Source of the DNA: Verrucomicrobiales bacterium
GTDB lineage: Bacteria > Verrucomicrobiota > Verrucomicrobiia > Verrucomicrobiales > V1-33
NCBI GenBank assembly: GCA_050998515.1
Contig: JBPCQC010000079.1
Location: forward strand, 6,177 to 70,176
Direction: 5' to 3'
DNA length: 64,000 nucleotides
Both the position numbers and the translations under genes were made by a program. The notes beneath the pieces were generated by a model that worked only from the letters and a program-made list of their open reading frames with translations, was not told the origin of the DNA and made no database searches. Positions within the stretch are counted from its first letter, which is position 1, and each line of letters starts with the position of its first letter. This document shows positions 29,966 to 38,445 of the stretch, piece after piece.

Positions 29966-30571
29966 ATGAACTCGCCGCCCTCAATTGCGAGTGGCCCTGG
30001 ATCGGTCTGCCTTTTCGGAGGCAGTTTTGACCCCGTGCATTGCGGTCACGTTGCTTTGGCAGAAGCCGCTTATCAACGTCTCGGCCTCGATTCCATCGTC
30101 TTTGTTCCATGCCGGCAGTCGCCGTTCAAGGTCCGATGCCCCATCGCGTCGGCCGAGGAGCGTGTGGCCATGCTTCGGCTGGCTGTCGAGAACCTGCCAT
30201 GGGCGCTGGTTTCAACCTGCGAACTCGAGCGGCAGGGGCCATCCTTTGCCTGGGAGACTGCGCAGCATTTTGCGGGCCTTTTGCCGCCCGGCACCCGGAT
30301 TTTCTGGCTGCTTGGCGCGGATCAGTGGGTATCGGTCGACAGATGGGCCAGGCCGGACCTGCTGAAGCAACTCCTGAGTTTTGTCGTCTTTCCGCGCGGC
30401 GACATCGATGTGACTGCGAAACCCGGTTTCTCGCACACCATGGTCGAGGTGAGGCACCACGCCTCCTCCACCATGATCAGAGAGGCCGTCGCTGCGAGAA
30501 GATCCATCCATTCCCTCGTGGCGGGAAAAGTGGCCGAATATATTGCGGAACGCGGGTTGTACCTGGCTTAA
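29966..30571 (+). CDS. nadD: Nicotinate-nucleotide adenylyltransferase
   Basis: ATG 29966. GGSFDPVHCGH (H/TxGH) motif, LLGADQW motif and a C-terminal SSTMIR-type motif. Confidence 0.85.
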   Translation: MNSPPSIASGPGSVCLFGGSFDPVHCGHVALAEAAYQRLGLDSIVFVPCRQSPFKVRCPIASAEERVAMLRLAVENLPWALVSTCELERQGPSFAWETAQHFAGLLPPGTRIFWLLGADQWVSVDRWARPDLLKQLLSFVVFPRGDIDVTAKPGFSHTMVEVRHHASSTMIREAVAARRSIHSLVAGKVAEYIAERGLYLA

Positions 30572-30736
30572 TGCCGCTACAACACCTGCCGCTGACTTGG
30601 GGACCGGGCGCAACCATTCGAGCTGTTCCCGGGACCGGCAATAGAGTACGCTCGCCACAGCAGCAATGAGCAGAAATGCCGCAAAGGCGAAAAGCACCTT
30701 TTCCGCGGTTGAACGCGGTAGATTTGTCGCCATCCC

Positions 30737-31420
30737 TTACTTCTTTTCCGCCGCTTCGATTTCCTTCGCCTTTTCCAGATCCGCTTGCGCTTCAGGTTTT
30801 TTCCCGAGGTTTATGTAACAGACGCCTCGGTTGTGAAAGGCGAGATGGTTGGTCGGATTGAGCGCAATCGCTTTTGAATAATCGTCGATGGCCTCGCCGT
30901 ATCGCTTGAGCCGGGTGAGCGAACGGGCTCGTTTGACCCATCCGTGTTCAAAGGAGGGGTCGCAGGTGACCGCTGAGGTGAAATCGGCCAGCGCCTTGTC
31001 ATGCTCCTGCAGGCCTTCATGGGCCAGCCCGCGGCTGTGAAAGGCGACGGCCAAATCAGGATCAATGGCCAACGCTCTCTCATAGTCCGCTATGGCTTGT
31101 TTGAACATCCCCTGCTTGGCGCGCGCCACCCCTCGGTTTACATAGGCCGGCGCGTACTTTCTATTTAAGGAAATCGCTTTGTCGAAATCGACCACCGCCT
31201 CGAGCCAGCGACCGGATTGCAGTTTCAACAATCCGCGATTGCAAATCTTGTTCACTTCATCAGAGGTTTCGGTTTTTTTCTTTCGCGAGGAGCTCTCTGG
31301 TTTGGCTTCAATCTTTTGCGCCTTCCCTGTCTCATCAAAAATCATGACGGTACTTCGAGCCTCGCTGGCGGCAAAAGCGGCTGCCAGTGCATACACCAAG
31401 TGAAGTTGCGTTCGTGACAT
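30737..31420 (-). CDS. Secreted TPR-repeat protein
   Basis: Track ORF 30737..31840 trimmed to the ATG at 31420 (MSRTQLHLVYALAAAFAASEA, signal peptide). Four TPR units (AYVNRGVARAKQGMFKQAIADYERALAIDP...). The longer track N-terminus is antisense to the next gene. Confidence 0.75.
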   Translation of the reverse strand: MSRTQLHLVYALAAAFAASEARSTVMIFDETGKAQKIEAKPESSSRKKKTETSDEVNKICNRGLLKLQSGRWLEAVVDFDKAISLNRKYAPAYVNRGVARAKQGMFKQAIADYERALAIDPDLAVAFHSRGLAHEGLQEHDKALADFTSAVTCDPSFEHGWVKRARSLTRLKRYGEAIDDYSKAIALNPTNHLAFHNRGVCYINLGKKPEAQADLEKAKEIEAAEKK

Positions 31421-31460
31421 GGTGAGAGAATGTAAACAGGTTTGTCTCGCTCTGCCATTG

Positions 31461-32564
31461 ATGAATCTCTGCTCCAGATTTCGATTTTTGTCGGCATTGG
31501 TGGCATTGCCCTGGATCGTCTTTGGCGAGCCGGTTGGGGCAACTCGCGGCGAACATGTCGTGCCGCCGGTCCGGCTTTCGCCGGCGCGACCGCCGCCGGC
31601 TGCGTCGCCTGGCTCGAATGAAGAGGTGCCGAGTTTGCTGCCCGAGATCAACCCTCCCCGCGCGGCGCCGGCCATGCCGCCTTTGCCGCCCGGTGTGCCG
31701 CCGCTGGGCTTGCCCAGCGATGGAGAAGCCGCGCCCGAATTTCCTGGCTTGCCCGACTTGCCGGCCACCGCATTGCCTGCGGCGCCGGAGTTCGACCCGG
31801 CAGCGATGCCGGCCCCGGAGAGAGACCAGGAAAAAGGCACCGTTGTGCCCTCCTCACCGCCAACCCCCGGATTGCAGATGCCGGGGTTCGCGAAGTGGCA
31901 CCGCAGCCCTCGCGAAGCGCGCGAGATCGCCGCTCACGAACACCGCTGCCTGCTCCTGGTGATGACGGCGAGTCAGTCGATCGCCGACGCACAAGGACAA
32001 CCGTTGAGGAGCGCGTCTCAAGCCCTGAATGAGGAAGTTTTTGCGACGACCGAATTCAATGATTTTGCCCTGCAGCATCTGGTCTTAAGCTTTGTCGATT
32101 ACTCGCGGAGCCCCTCACTTAACGATGCTGAAATCAAGCGCGAGGAAGCTCTCAAGCAGATGAAGGAACGCCTGAATGTGCGTGGATTTCCCACGGTGAT
32201 TCTTTTTGGTCCCGACGGAAAGGAAATCAACCGCTGGGGTGGTTACGCGCTCGATCCAAAGACCGGCAAAGGACGCGCACCGCACTATCTGAAGGATCTG
32301 AAAGAGGCGGTGCTGGACCATGAGGCGGGGCTCTTCGCGACTCAACGGCGGCGCGAAAAACTGAGTGAGCAAGGCTATCGCGATTGGACGAGCCTCCAGG
32401 GCAGTCGTGTTTTTGCCAAGCTGATCGAATTCGATGCCCAGCGAGCGGTGTTGCGGGATGAAAGTGGCGAGGAACGGAAAGTGGAACTTCGGCACCTCGA
32501 TATCGCGGACCGCGAAATCATCGCTCGAAAGCGCCTCGGGAAAATCCCGACTTGGGCGCCTTAA
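31461..32564 (+). CDS. Secreted proline-rich protein with thioredoxin-fold domain (no CxxC) and C-terminal SHD1/SH3-like segment
   Basis: ATG 31461 (MNLCSRFRFLSALVALPWIVFG signal peptide). Pro-rich linker. Thioredoxin-like block with cis-Pro context (NVRGFPTVILFGPDGKEINRWGGY). Confidence 0.6.
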   Translation: MNLCSRFRFLSALVALPWIVFGEPVGATRGEHVVPPVRLSPARPPPAASPGSNEEVPSLLPEINPPRAAPAMPPLPPGVPPLGLPSDGEAAPEFPGLPDLPATALPAAPEFDPAAMPAPERDQEKGTVVPSSPPTPGLQMPGFAKWHRSPREAREIAAHEHRCLLLVMTASQSIADAQGQPLRSASQALNEEVFATTEFNDFALQHLVLSFVDYSRSPSLNDAEIKREEALKQMKERLNVRGFPTVILFGPDGKEINRWGGYALDPKTGKGRAPHYLKDLKEAVLDHEAGLFATQRRREKLSEQGYRDWTSLQGSRVFAKLIEFDAQRAVLRDESGEERKVELRHLDIADREIIARKRLGKIPTWAP

Positions 32565-32602
32565 CCAGGTCGGTGGGGCGGGACCCGGTCGGCCCACAAA
32601 AA

Positions 32603-34423
32603 CTATGGACGCCGACCGAACTTCCTGGCCAATTCCGGGAACGACATTTGAACCAACGTTGGACGTCCGGTGGGATCGCAATAAGGCATGTCGCAGGCAA
32701 GGAGGCGGTCCAACAAAGCCTCGATTTCAGCCGGTGCGGTTAGGGAAGTGCGGGGCACAGCGCGGGCGCAAACAGCGGTTGTCAGGCTATCGAGATCGAG
32801 CAGAGCACGCGCTCCGGATTCGCCGCCATGGGCGAGGTCGTCGAGCAAGCCGGTCAGAAAAGCGGCCGGGTCATGATCCCGCAAGGCGGCCGGCAACGCT
32901 TCAAGTTTTATGGTGTTCGCGCCAAACTCCTCGACGGCGAACCCGAGTCGCCGAAGCGATGCCGAGTGTTCGCGGATCAGCGCAAAATCTCGCGGGGTCA
33001 GATGCATGGTTAGAGGAACCAGCAGCGGCTGCATGGGGACCGCACCGCCCGAGAGTTGTTGTCGCATCGATTCGTAAAGGACCCGTTCGTGTGCGGCGCG
33101 CAGTTCCATCAGGACCAGACCTTCCTCGCTTTCAAGGAGCGCATAGTTCTGTCCCACCCGCCCGCAGATGCGAAACGGTCGAGACGACGTGGCGGGCGCG
33201 ACGCCCGCAGGAGGGTCGGAGCGGGCCTGGCCAAGCTCGAATTTCCGCTGGGCGCCTTCGGTTCCGGGACGGAGCACCGGGCCCGCAGCGACTGTGGCTG
33301 GTGGCGGGACGAAAGCTTGCGGCGCCGGGGTGGAGGGAGCAGACAGTGCGCCGGTGGATTCCCGAGGTGAATCGATTGCTGCGGGGCGAGCGGGCGTTGA
33401 AACGCCGGAAGGACGTCCTGCGGAGTGACTCGATGGCGTCCTCAATCTTTCGTGAATGAGCGCCGCCAAGGTAGCCTGCACCCCAAGGCCGTCCCGAAAA
33501 CGCACTTCCTTTTTTGATGGATGAACGTTCACGTCGACCGCGGCAGGGTCCATTTCCACGAAAAGAAAACAGAGCGGATGCTGGCCGCGAGCCAGGGTGG
33601 CTCCGTATGCGGTGCGCAAGGCGTAATGCAGGACCGGGCTCTCGACCGGACGGCCGTTGATGAAAATCAGAGTGAGGGATCGATCGCTCCGGCTGCGCCC
33701 CGGGAATCCCACCCATCCCCAGACGCGCAGTCCACCGCGCTCGTTTAGCGGCAGTTCGATCAGGGCCTCGGCGACCTCGAGCCCGACCAGCCCTGCGATT
33801 CGAGTGCGCAATGAGCCTCCCGCCGCCAGTTGAAATGCCAGGCGGCCGTCGTGAACCAGCGTGAAGCCGGCCGTTGGGTGAGCCAGGGCATGGACACGGA
33901 CGGTCTGGTCGATGTGGCCAAATTCGGTGTTCTCACTGCGCAGGAATTTTCTTCGCGCCGGCACATTCGAGAACAAACCGCGGACCTCGATTACGGTTCC
34001 TGGAGCAATGCCTGAGTCGCGGACATCGAGAAGCTTCCCGCCTTCAACGCGGACTTCGGTCCCTGCCAGGGCGTGCGCTTCCCGGGTCTGAAGGGTGAAA
34101 GTAGAGACGCTGGCGATGCTTGGCAGTGCTTCGCCGCGAAAGCCGAGGGTCCGGATCGTGCCCAGGTCATCGGCCGTGCGCAATTTGCTCGTGGCGTGGC
34201 GTTCCAAGGCCAGCAACGCATCCTCACGATTCATCCCGCAGCCGTCATCGCTCACGCGCATCAGCGCAATTCCCCCACGGTCCACGCGCACCTCGATATT
34301 CCCCGCGCCGGCATCGAGGCTGTTCTCGATCAGCTCCTTGATCACCGACGCTGGGCGTTCGACCACTTCGCCCGCCGCCACCTGGCTGGCGACGAGATCC
34401 GGGAGCACGCGAATTTTTCCCAT
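32603..34423 (-). CDS. mutL: DNA mismatch repair protein MutL
   Basis: GHKL ATPase N-terminus (VIKELIENSLDAGA..I.V.....G...I.V.DDG.GM), transducer domain, C-terminal dimerization/endonuclease region (DQHAAHERV-like AHERVLYE). Confidence 0.95.
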   Translation of the reverse strand: MGKIRVLPDLVASQVAAGEVVERPASVIKELIENSLDAGAGNIEVRVDRGGIALMRVSDDGCGMNREDALLALERHATSKLRTADDLGTIRTLGFRGEALPSIASVSTFTLQTREAHALAGTEVRVEGGKLLDVRDSGIAPGTVIEVRGLFSNVPARRKFLRSENTEFGHIDQTVRVHALAHPTAGFTLVHDGRLAFQLAAGGSLRTRIAGLVGLEVAEALIELPLNERGGLRVWGWVGFPGRSRSDRSLTLIFINGRPVESPVLHYALRTAYGATLARGQHPLCFLFVEMDPAAVDVNVHPSKKEVRFRDGLGVQATLAALIHERLRTPSSHSAGRPSGVSTPARPAAIDSPRESTGALSAPSTPAPQAFVPPPATVAAGPVLRPGTEGAQRKFELGQARSDPPAGVAPATSSRPFRICGRVGQNYALLESEEGLVLMELRAAHERVLYESMRQQLSGGAVPMQPLLVPLTMHLTPRDFALIREHSASLRRLGFAVEEFGANTIKLEALPAALRDHDPAAFLTGLLDDLAHGGESGARALLDLDSLTTAVCARAVPRTSLTAPAEIEALLDRLLACDMPYCDPTGRPTLVQMSFPELARKFGRRP

Positions 34424-34545
34424 GATGATGCCAAAGATGCCGCTCGAACGAGTGGGTTTCCCCTCAATTCTCCAAAAAGAATGAATTTTCCATGAATTTT
34501 GTTCGCATATCTAAAGGTTTTCGCGCACTGTGCATAACTAGTAGC

Positions 34546-34890
34546 ATGATTGATTCGACGCCCAATGCCGTCCGCCATTTGCGCGAGTTGCTTGCATCGC
34601 GCAACTCGCCCCCATCCCACGGTCTTCGCCTCTCAGTTGACCGGGGAGGGTGTGCCGGTTTGCAGTACTTGATGAACGTCCGTGCGCCAGAACCTGGCGA
34701 TGTCGTCATCGAACGTGACGGCGTGCGCCTCTTTATCGACCCCGATTGCGCGCCCTTGTTGCGCGGATCCCGGCTCGATTACGAGGAGTCGCTGACCGAC
34801 GCGGGGTTCAAAATCGATAATCCGAACGCCGTGCGGAGCTGCGGGTGCGGCACATCTTTCGAAACCGCTTCTCCACCTCGCTCGTCCTGA
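34546..34890 (+). CDS. Iron-sulfur cluster insertion protein (HesB/IscA/ErpA family)
   Basis: ATG 34546. GLRLSVDRGGCAGLQY...F(I)D and C-terminal CGCG(TS)F, the three conserved Cys of A-type carriers. Confidence 0.85.
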   Translation: MIDSTPNAVRHLRELLASRNSPPSHGLRLSVDRGGCAGLQYLMNVRAPEPGDVVIERDGVRLFIDPDCAPLLRGSRLDYEESLTDAGFKIDNPNAVRSCGCGTSFETASPPRSS

Positions 34891-34922
34891 CCAAACTCCC
34901 GAACGTTTAGCCCACCATCGAG

Positions 34923-35720
34923 ATGTCGCTTCACGTCACGTTGATGAACGCCAGCCGGAGCCACTACGGGAAATCCGGGAAAGCTCTTTCTCGGAAGCAA
35001 AGCGACCCCTGGCTGTTCTGGTGGACGATCGCCATCTTTGTGCTTCTGGGCCTGGCGACCTTCAGTTGGTTTTTCAGCCTGTATGTTTTCCGCCATCCCG
35101 AAAATCCGAAGAACTACCGCCTTTTAAGCAGGGTCGGGAAACTCGAACCCCTCACGAAATTCAACGAGCAAACCGTGCCGCAGGGCAAATTTCTCACACC
35201 AAAGGAAGCCTACGCGAAGTTTTTCAACTATACAAACGATGAGCTGACTGCCCAGAATGGCCTCTTTAAACGCAATTACATTCAGAACTACGCCGAGCAG
35301 CAGCCCGTTTATATCAAGGGTGAATATCGCATCTACAAAGTGACTGAACTCAGCCCCCGCGATGCCTTTCCCTCGGGTCTCATCGTGCGCGCGAAGGCCA
35401 GGGAACTGCCGAATGTTTCAATCGAGTTTGTCCTTCCCGCTGACCAATTACCCAAGGGGCGGCCGCCCTACGGGGACGATCTCATTTTGAAAACCAACGA
35501 TAATTTCGCGTCAATTTTGCACGTGAGTCGTTTGTCTGAAGACAGCCTCTGTTTGACCGTGGTGCCGCTGACCTATTGGAGCTATCCGGTAAGCCACGAG
35601 GAATTTATCTCCCTCACCCCGCCCGCGAAGCTCAATCTCGATTCGCGCTGGCCCGTCACCGACGACATTCCCACCCCCGAGGCGGAAAAAGGCCGCGTGG
35701 CCGGTGTTCCCGGCCAATGA
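34923..35720 (+). CDS. Hypothetical N-terminally anchored membrane protein
   Basis: ATG 34923. One TM helix (WLFWWTIAIFVLLGLATFSWFFSLYVF) followed by a ~200-aa soluble domain. No recognisable motif. Confidence 0.5.
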   Translation: MSLHVTLMNASRSHYGKSGKALSRKQSDPWLFWWTIAIFVLLGLATFSWFFSLYVFRHPENPKNYRLLSRVGKLEPLTKFNEQTVPQGKFLTPKEAYAKFFNYTNDELTAQNGLFKRNYIQNYAEQQPVYIKGEYRIYKVTELSPRDAFPSGLIVRAKARELPNVSIEFVLPADQLPKGRPPYGDDLILKTNDNFASILHVSRLSEDSLCLTVVPLTYWSYPVSHEEFISLTPPAKLNLDSRWPVTDDIPTPEAEKGRVAGVPGQ

Positions 35721-35794
35721 GCCGCGCGGCAAGCGCGGCACGAATTCCGAAACAAGCCGCCGCAGAAAGAAATTTCATTGCCTCTTCGCCGCCC

Positions 35795-36577
35795 TTATTC
35801 GACCAACTCCGGACTGTAGGGCCACAGTCTGGTGATGCCCTCCTTTTTGACCCAGCCGACGCGATCGCCTGGCAACTCGGCGTAGAGCCAGGAATCTCGT
35901 TCCGCCCGCAGTGAAATCTCGCTGCCGGGGGGCAAGTCGATCACCACCCCTGCGGTGTCGGTGGGGGCGGAGAGGGCGGCGACCCCAGGCGCAACGACGA
36001 TGACCCGACTGTTCAGGCGTTCATCGTTGAGCCGTCCCCACATCCCGGCAAGTGCGAAAAGCCCAGCGCCTAAAAAGAGCGTGAAGCCACCCCACAGCCA
36101 GGTGCGCCACCTCGGTCGAGGAGTCAGAAAAATGATGGCGGCGAGACAGACCGCTGACGTCCACATAGTGCCGATGGCCAGAAGCTGCCAGTGACTGTGT
36201 TTGAACAACCTCGCGAACCACGCCAGAGCGCTCGCTTCAAATTCGAGAAAGCCGGCCCGGCTTCGCACCACTCGCAAGTTTTGCCTTGCGGCCCTGTCGG
36301 TAGGATCAAGCAAAACCGCCCGCCGATACCACAGCGCAGCATCCCCGAGTTGGTCGAGTCGAAAGAACGTATTGCCGAGATTGAACAGTAAATCGCTCGA
36401 GATCTTCCTGTCCTTCTCGATGACGGCGAGGAAGGCGTCGCGAGCTCGAGGGAACTCTTTTTTTTCGAAGGCGAGGACGCCTTGGTGGTAGTGGGCATTG
36501 GGGACCTGTGCAGTCGCTGGAGCGAACCCCATGGATAACACCGCAAACAGGGGCGCGAGAAATCTCCGGTAGGTCAT
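35795..36577 (-). CDS. batE: BatE-like protein (TPR + TM helices + C-terminal SH3b-like domain)
   Basis: First ATG at 36577 (the track start 36583 is TTG). Signal peptide MTYRRFLAPLFAVLSMGFAPATAQ. TPR region. Two TM helices. SH3-like tail (DSWLYAELPGDRVGWVKKE). Last gene of the bat operon. Confidence 0.75.
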   Translation of the reverse strand: MTYRRFLAPLFAVLSMGFAPATAQVPNAHYHQGVLAFEKKEFPRARDAFLAVIEKDRKISSDLLFNLGNTFFRLDQLGDAALWYRRAVLLDPTDRAARQNLRVVRSRAGFLEFEASALAWFARLFKHSHWQLLAIGTMWTSAVCLAAIIFLTPRPRWRTWLWGGFTLFLGAGLFALAGMWGRLNDERLNSRVIVVAPGVAALSAPTDTAGVVIDLPPGSEISLRAERDSWLYAELPGDRVGWVKKEGITRLWPYSPELVE

Positions 36578-36610
36578 CAACAACTCTGGTAAAGCAGGCA
36601 GCCCTCGAGA

Positions 36611-38440
36611 TCAACGCTCCAACCGGGAAAGGGTGGCGACAACTTCCTTTTGTTCTTTCGAGGAGATGGGTGCGGCGGCTTCAGCCAGTCCAGCGTAACT
36701 GAGGCGGGTTTGGCGGGCCAAAATCTGTTCGAGCTCGCCGTTAAGCCCGCTCGCGGTGCCGGCCCGCCCATGGTAGAATTCCCGGGAATCGACGAATTCG
36801 CGGGCGAGAGCATAAAAGTCGCGCGCGGCCAATCCGGGACGCTTCATTTGGCGCAAGATAACCAGGGAGGCTCTTGGATGGCCGATTCGGCGGCGGCGTG
36901 TCTCCTCTGCGCTCAGCCGCAACCGTCGCTGCAGTCCCATGCCAGCGAAGGTTAAAACAAGAGCGGCAGGCACCGCCTGAATGCCCCAAAATACCGCGGC
37001 GTCGGATTTTCGCGGGGTCAGGTTGCGCAGTTCGGCGCCTTCCGGCCTCACCGTGAGGATGTCCGCAAGACGCTCCTCCGGAATCGCCGCTTCGGATATC
37101 GCGAAATCTTTGGTCGGTGCTTCATCGCTTCCTGCTGGCGCCGCTTTCTCCTCGGGCGTCATTTGCAGCGGAATCGCATTCGATTGCACGGTCACGTATT
37201 TTTTTTGATCGAGGTCAAAATAGGAGAGCTGAAACGGCGGGACCTGCTGAGCCATTTTTTGAGGGATGATCACCTGGCTGAAACTGACGACGCCGGGCTC
37301 GAGTCCCAGCGAGCGATTTTCCTGCGTTTGCTTGGGCGGATAGATTTTCCAGCCTTCCGGTGAGGCCAGAAGGGGCGCCGCAACGCTGTCGAAGTTCCCC
37401 TGGCCTGCCACGGTGAGGTCGACGGCGAGCGGGTCACCCATTCGCACTTGCGGCGGTTGATTGAGACGGGCACTGAGGGTGAATTTCCCGACCGCACCCG
37501 AGAAATCAGCCGGCCGGCCTTCCGTTGGGAGCGGCTTGATGGTGATCTTGAGCACGTTGCTTTCGAGGTGGATTTGTCGGGTGATAGTGCGCTGAAAAAA
37601 CGATGGAAATCCGGGAGTTGGGGTGCGGGCACCGCTCCCTTCGGAAGGAAAATCGACCACGCAGTCCAACGTGGCGGGGCCAAGGTTCAAGAGACCCTCC
37701 TTAATGGCGGAAAGTGAGCTGCTGAAGACAATTGATTGGTACCGTTCGCCCTTGGCCTCGACCAACTCTCCCTGAAGCGGCTGAGCGAAACGTTTCACGA
37801 CAAAGTTGTCACGCGGCAACTTCGGAGGCTCGTAATTGCGCAGTTGGGTGCGTCGGTGAAACAAAGCGGTCACCTTCAAGGGCACCACTTCGCCCACGAA
37901 GATCTCCGGCTGCTCGACCTGCAGGGTGAGCAAAGGTTCATAGGAATGCCGCGGACCGACCCCTTCCTGCACCTGCAAGGTTTTTTCAGGCACCGACAGG
38001 GCCTGGCCGTTGACGATCACCTGCTGCCCCGGAATGGTAAAAAGCCCCGGGTTAGCCGCAAAAATCTGCCAGACGAACTCGGTTTGCTGCCGCAACACAC
38101 CGTTCGTCAAGCTCATGGAATTGCGGGAACTCGGCCCGTTGAATTCAAGACCCGGGACAGCAAGATTGGTGGGCAACTGTTGGATCTGGTGGCCGTTCTC
38201 GATCGTGAGCGAATATTCAGCGGTCTGACCCGCGCCAATGACCGGCGGCGAAACTGTGGCCGTTACCTGGGCTCGAACGGATGAGATGGACGCCATGAGG
38301 GCGGCGACTATTGGGAGGAAGGCAATTATGGACGGGCGCAATGATGGTGGACGCGACGCCTCGTCGCGTCTGGCGAATTCACTGAACGCGACGGGGGCGC
38401 CGCGTCCACCTTTCCAAATGTTGGGAGGACCGTTTCCCAT
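36611..38440 (-). CDS. batD: BatD-like oxygen-tolerance protein
   Basis: First ATG at 38440 (the track start is TTG). N-terminal hydrophobic segment IIAFLPIVAALMASISSVRAQ. Large periplasmic region, then a C-terminal TM helix plus a cytosolic TPR-like tail, typical of BatD. Confidence 0.75.
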   Translation of the reverse strand: MGNGPPNIWKGGRGAPVAFSEFARRDEASRPPSLRPSIIAFLPIVAALMASISSVRAQVTATVSPPVIGAGQTAEYSLTIENGHQIQQLPTNLAVPGLEFNGPSSRNSMSLTNGVLRQQTEFVWQIFAANPGLFTIPGQQVIVNGQALSVPEKTLQVQEGVGPRHSYEPLLTLQVEQPEIFVGEVVPLKVTALFHRRTQLRNYEPPKLPRDNFVVKRFAQPLQGELVEAKGERYQSIVFSSSLSAIKEGLLNLGPATLDCVVDFPSEGSGARTPTPGFPSFFQRTITRQIHLESNVLKITIKPLPTEGRPADFSGAVGKFTLSARLNQPPQVRMGDPLAVDLTVAGQGNFDSVAAPLLASPEGWKIYPPKQTQENRSLGLEPGVVSFSQVIIPQKMAQQVPPFQLSYFDLDQKKYVTVQSNAIPLQMTPEEKAAPAGSDEAPTKDFAISEAAIPEERLADILTVRPEGAELRNLTPRKSDAAVFWGIQAVPAALVLTFAGMGLQRRLRLSAEETRRRRIGHPRASLVILRQMKRPGLAARDFYALAREFVDSREFYHGRAGTASGLNGELEQILARQTRLSYAGLAEAAAPISSKEQKEVVATLSRLER

Positions 38441-38445
38441 GGCGA

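Noticed and set aside
30212-30733. Minus-strand ORF starting 4 nt after the TPR gene stop, with a TM-like N-terminus (MATNLPRSTAEKVLFAFAAFLLIAAVASVLY)
   Set aside because: 360 of its 522 nt are antisense to the well-supported nadD gene. It probably reflects a chance open frame; only the first ~50 codons are non-overlapping.
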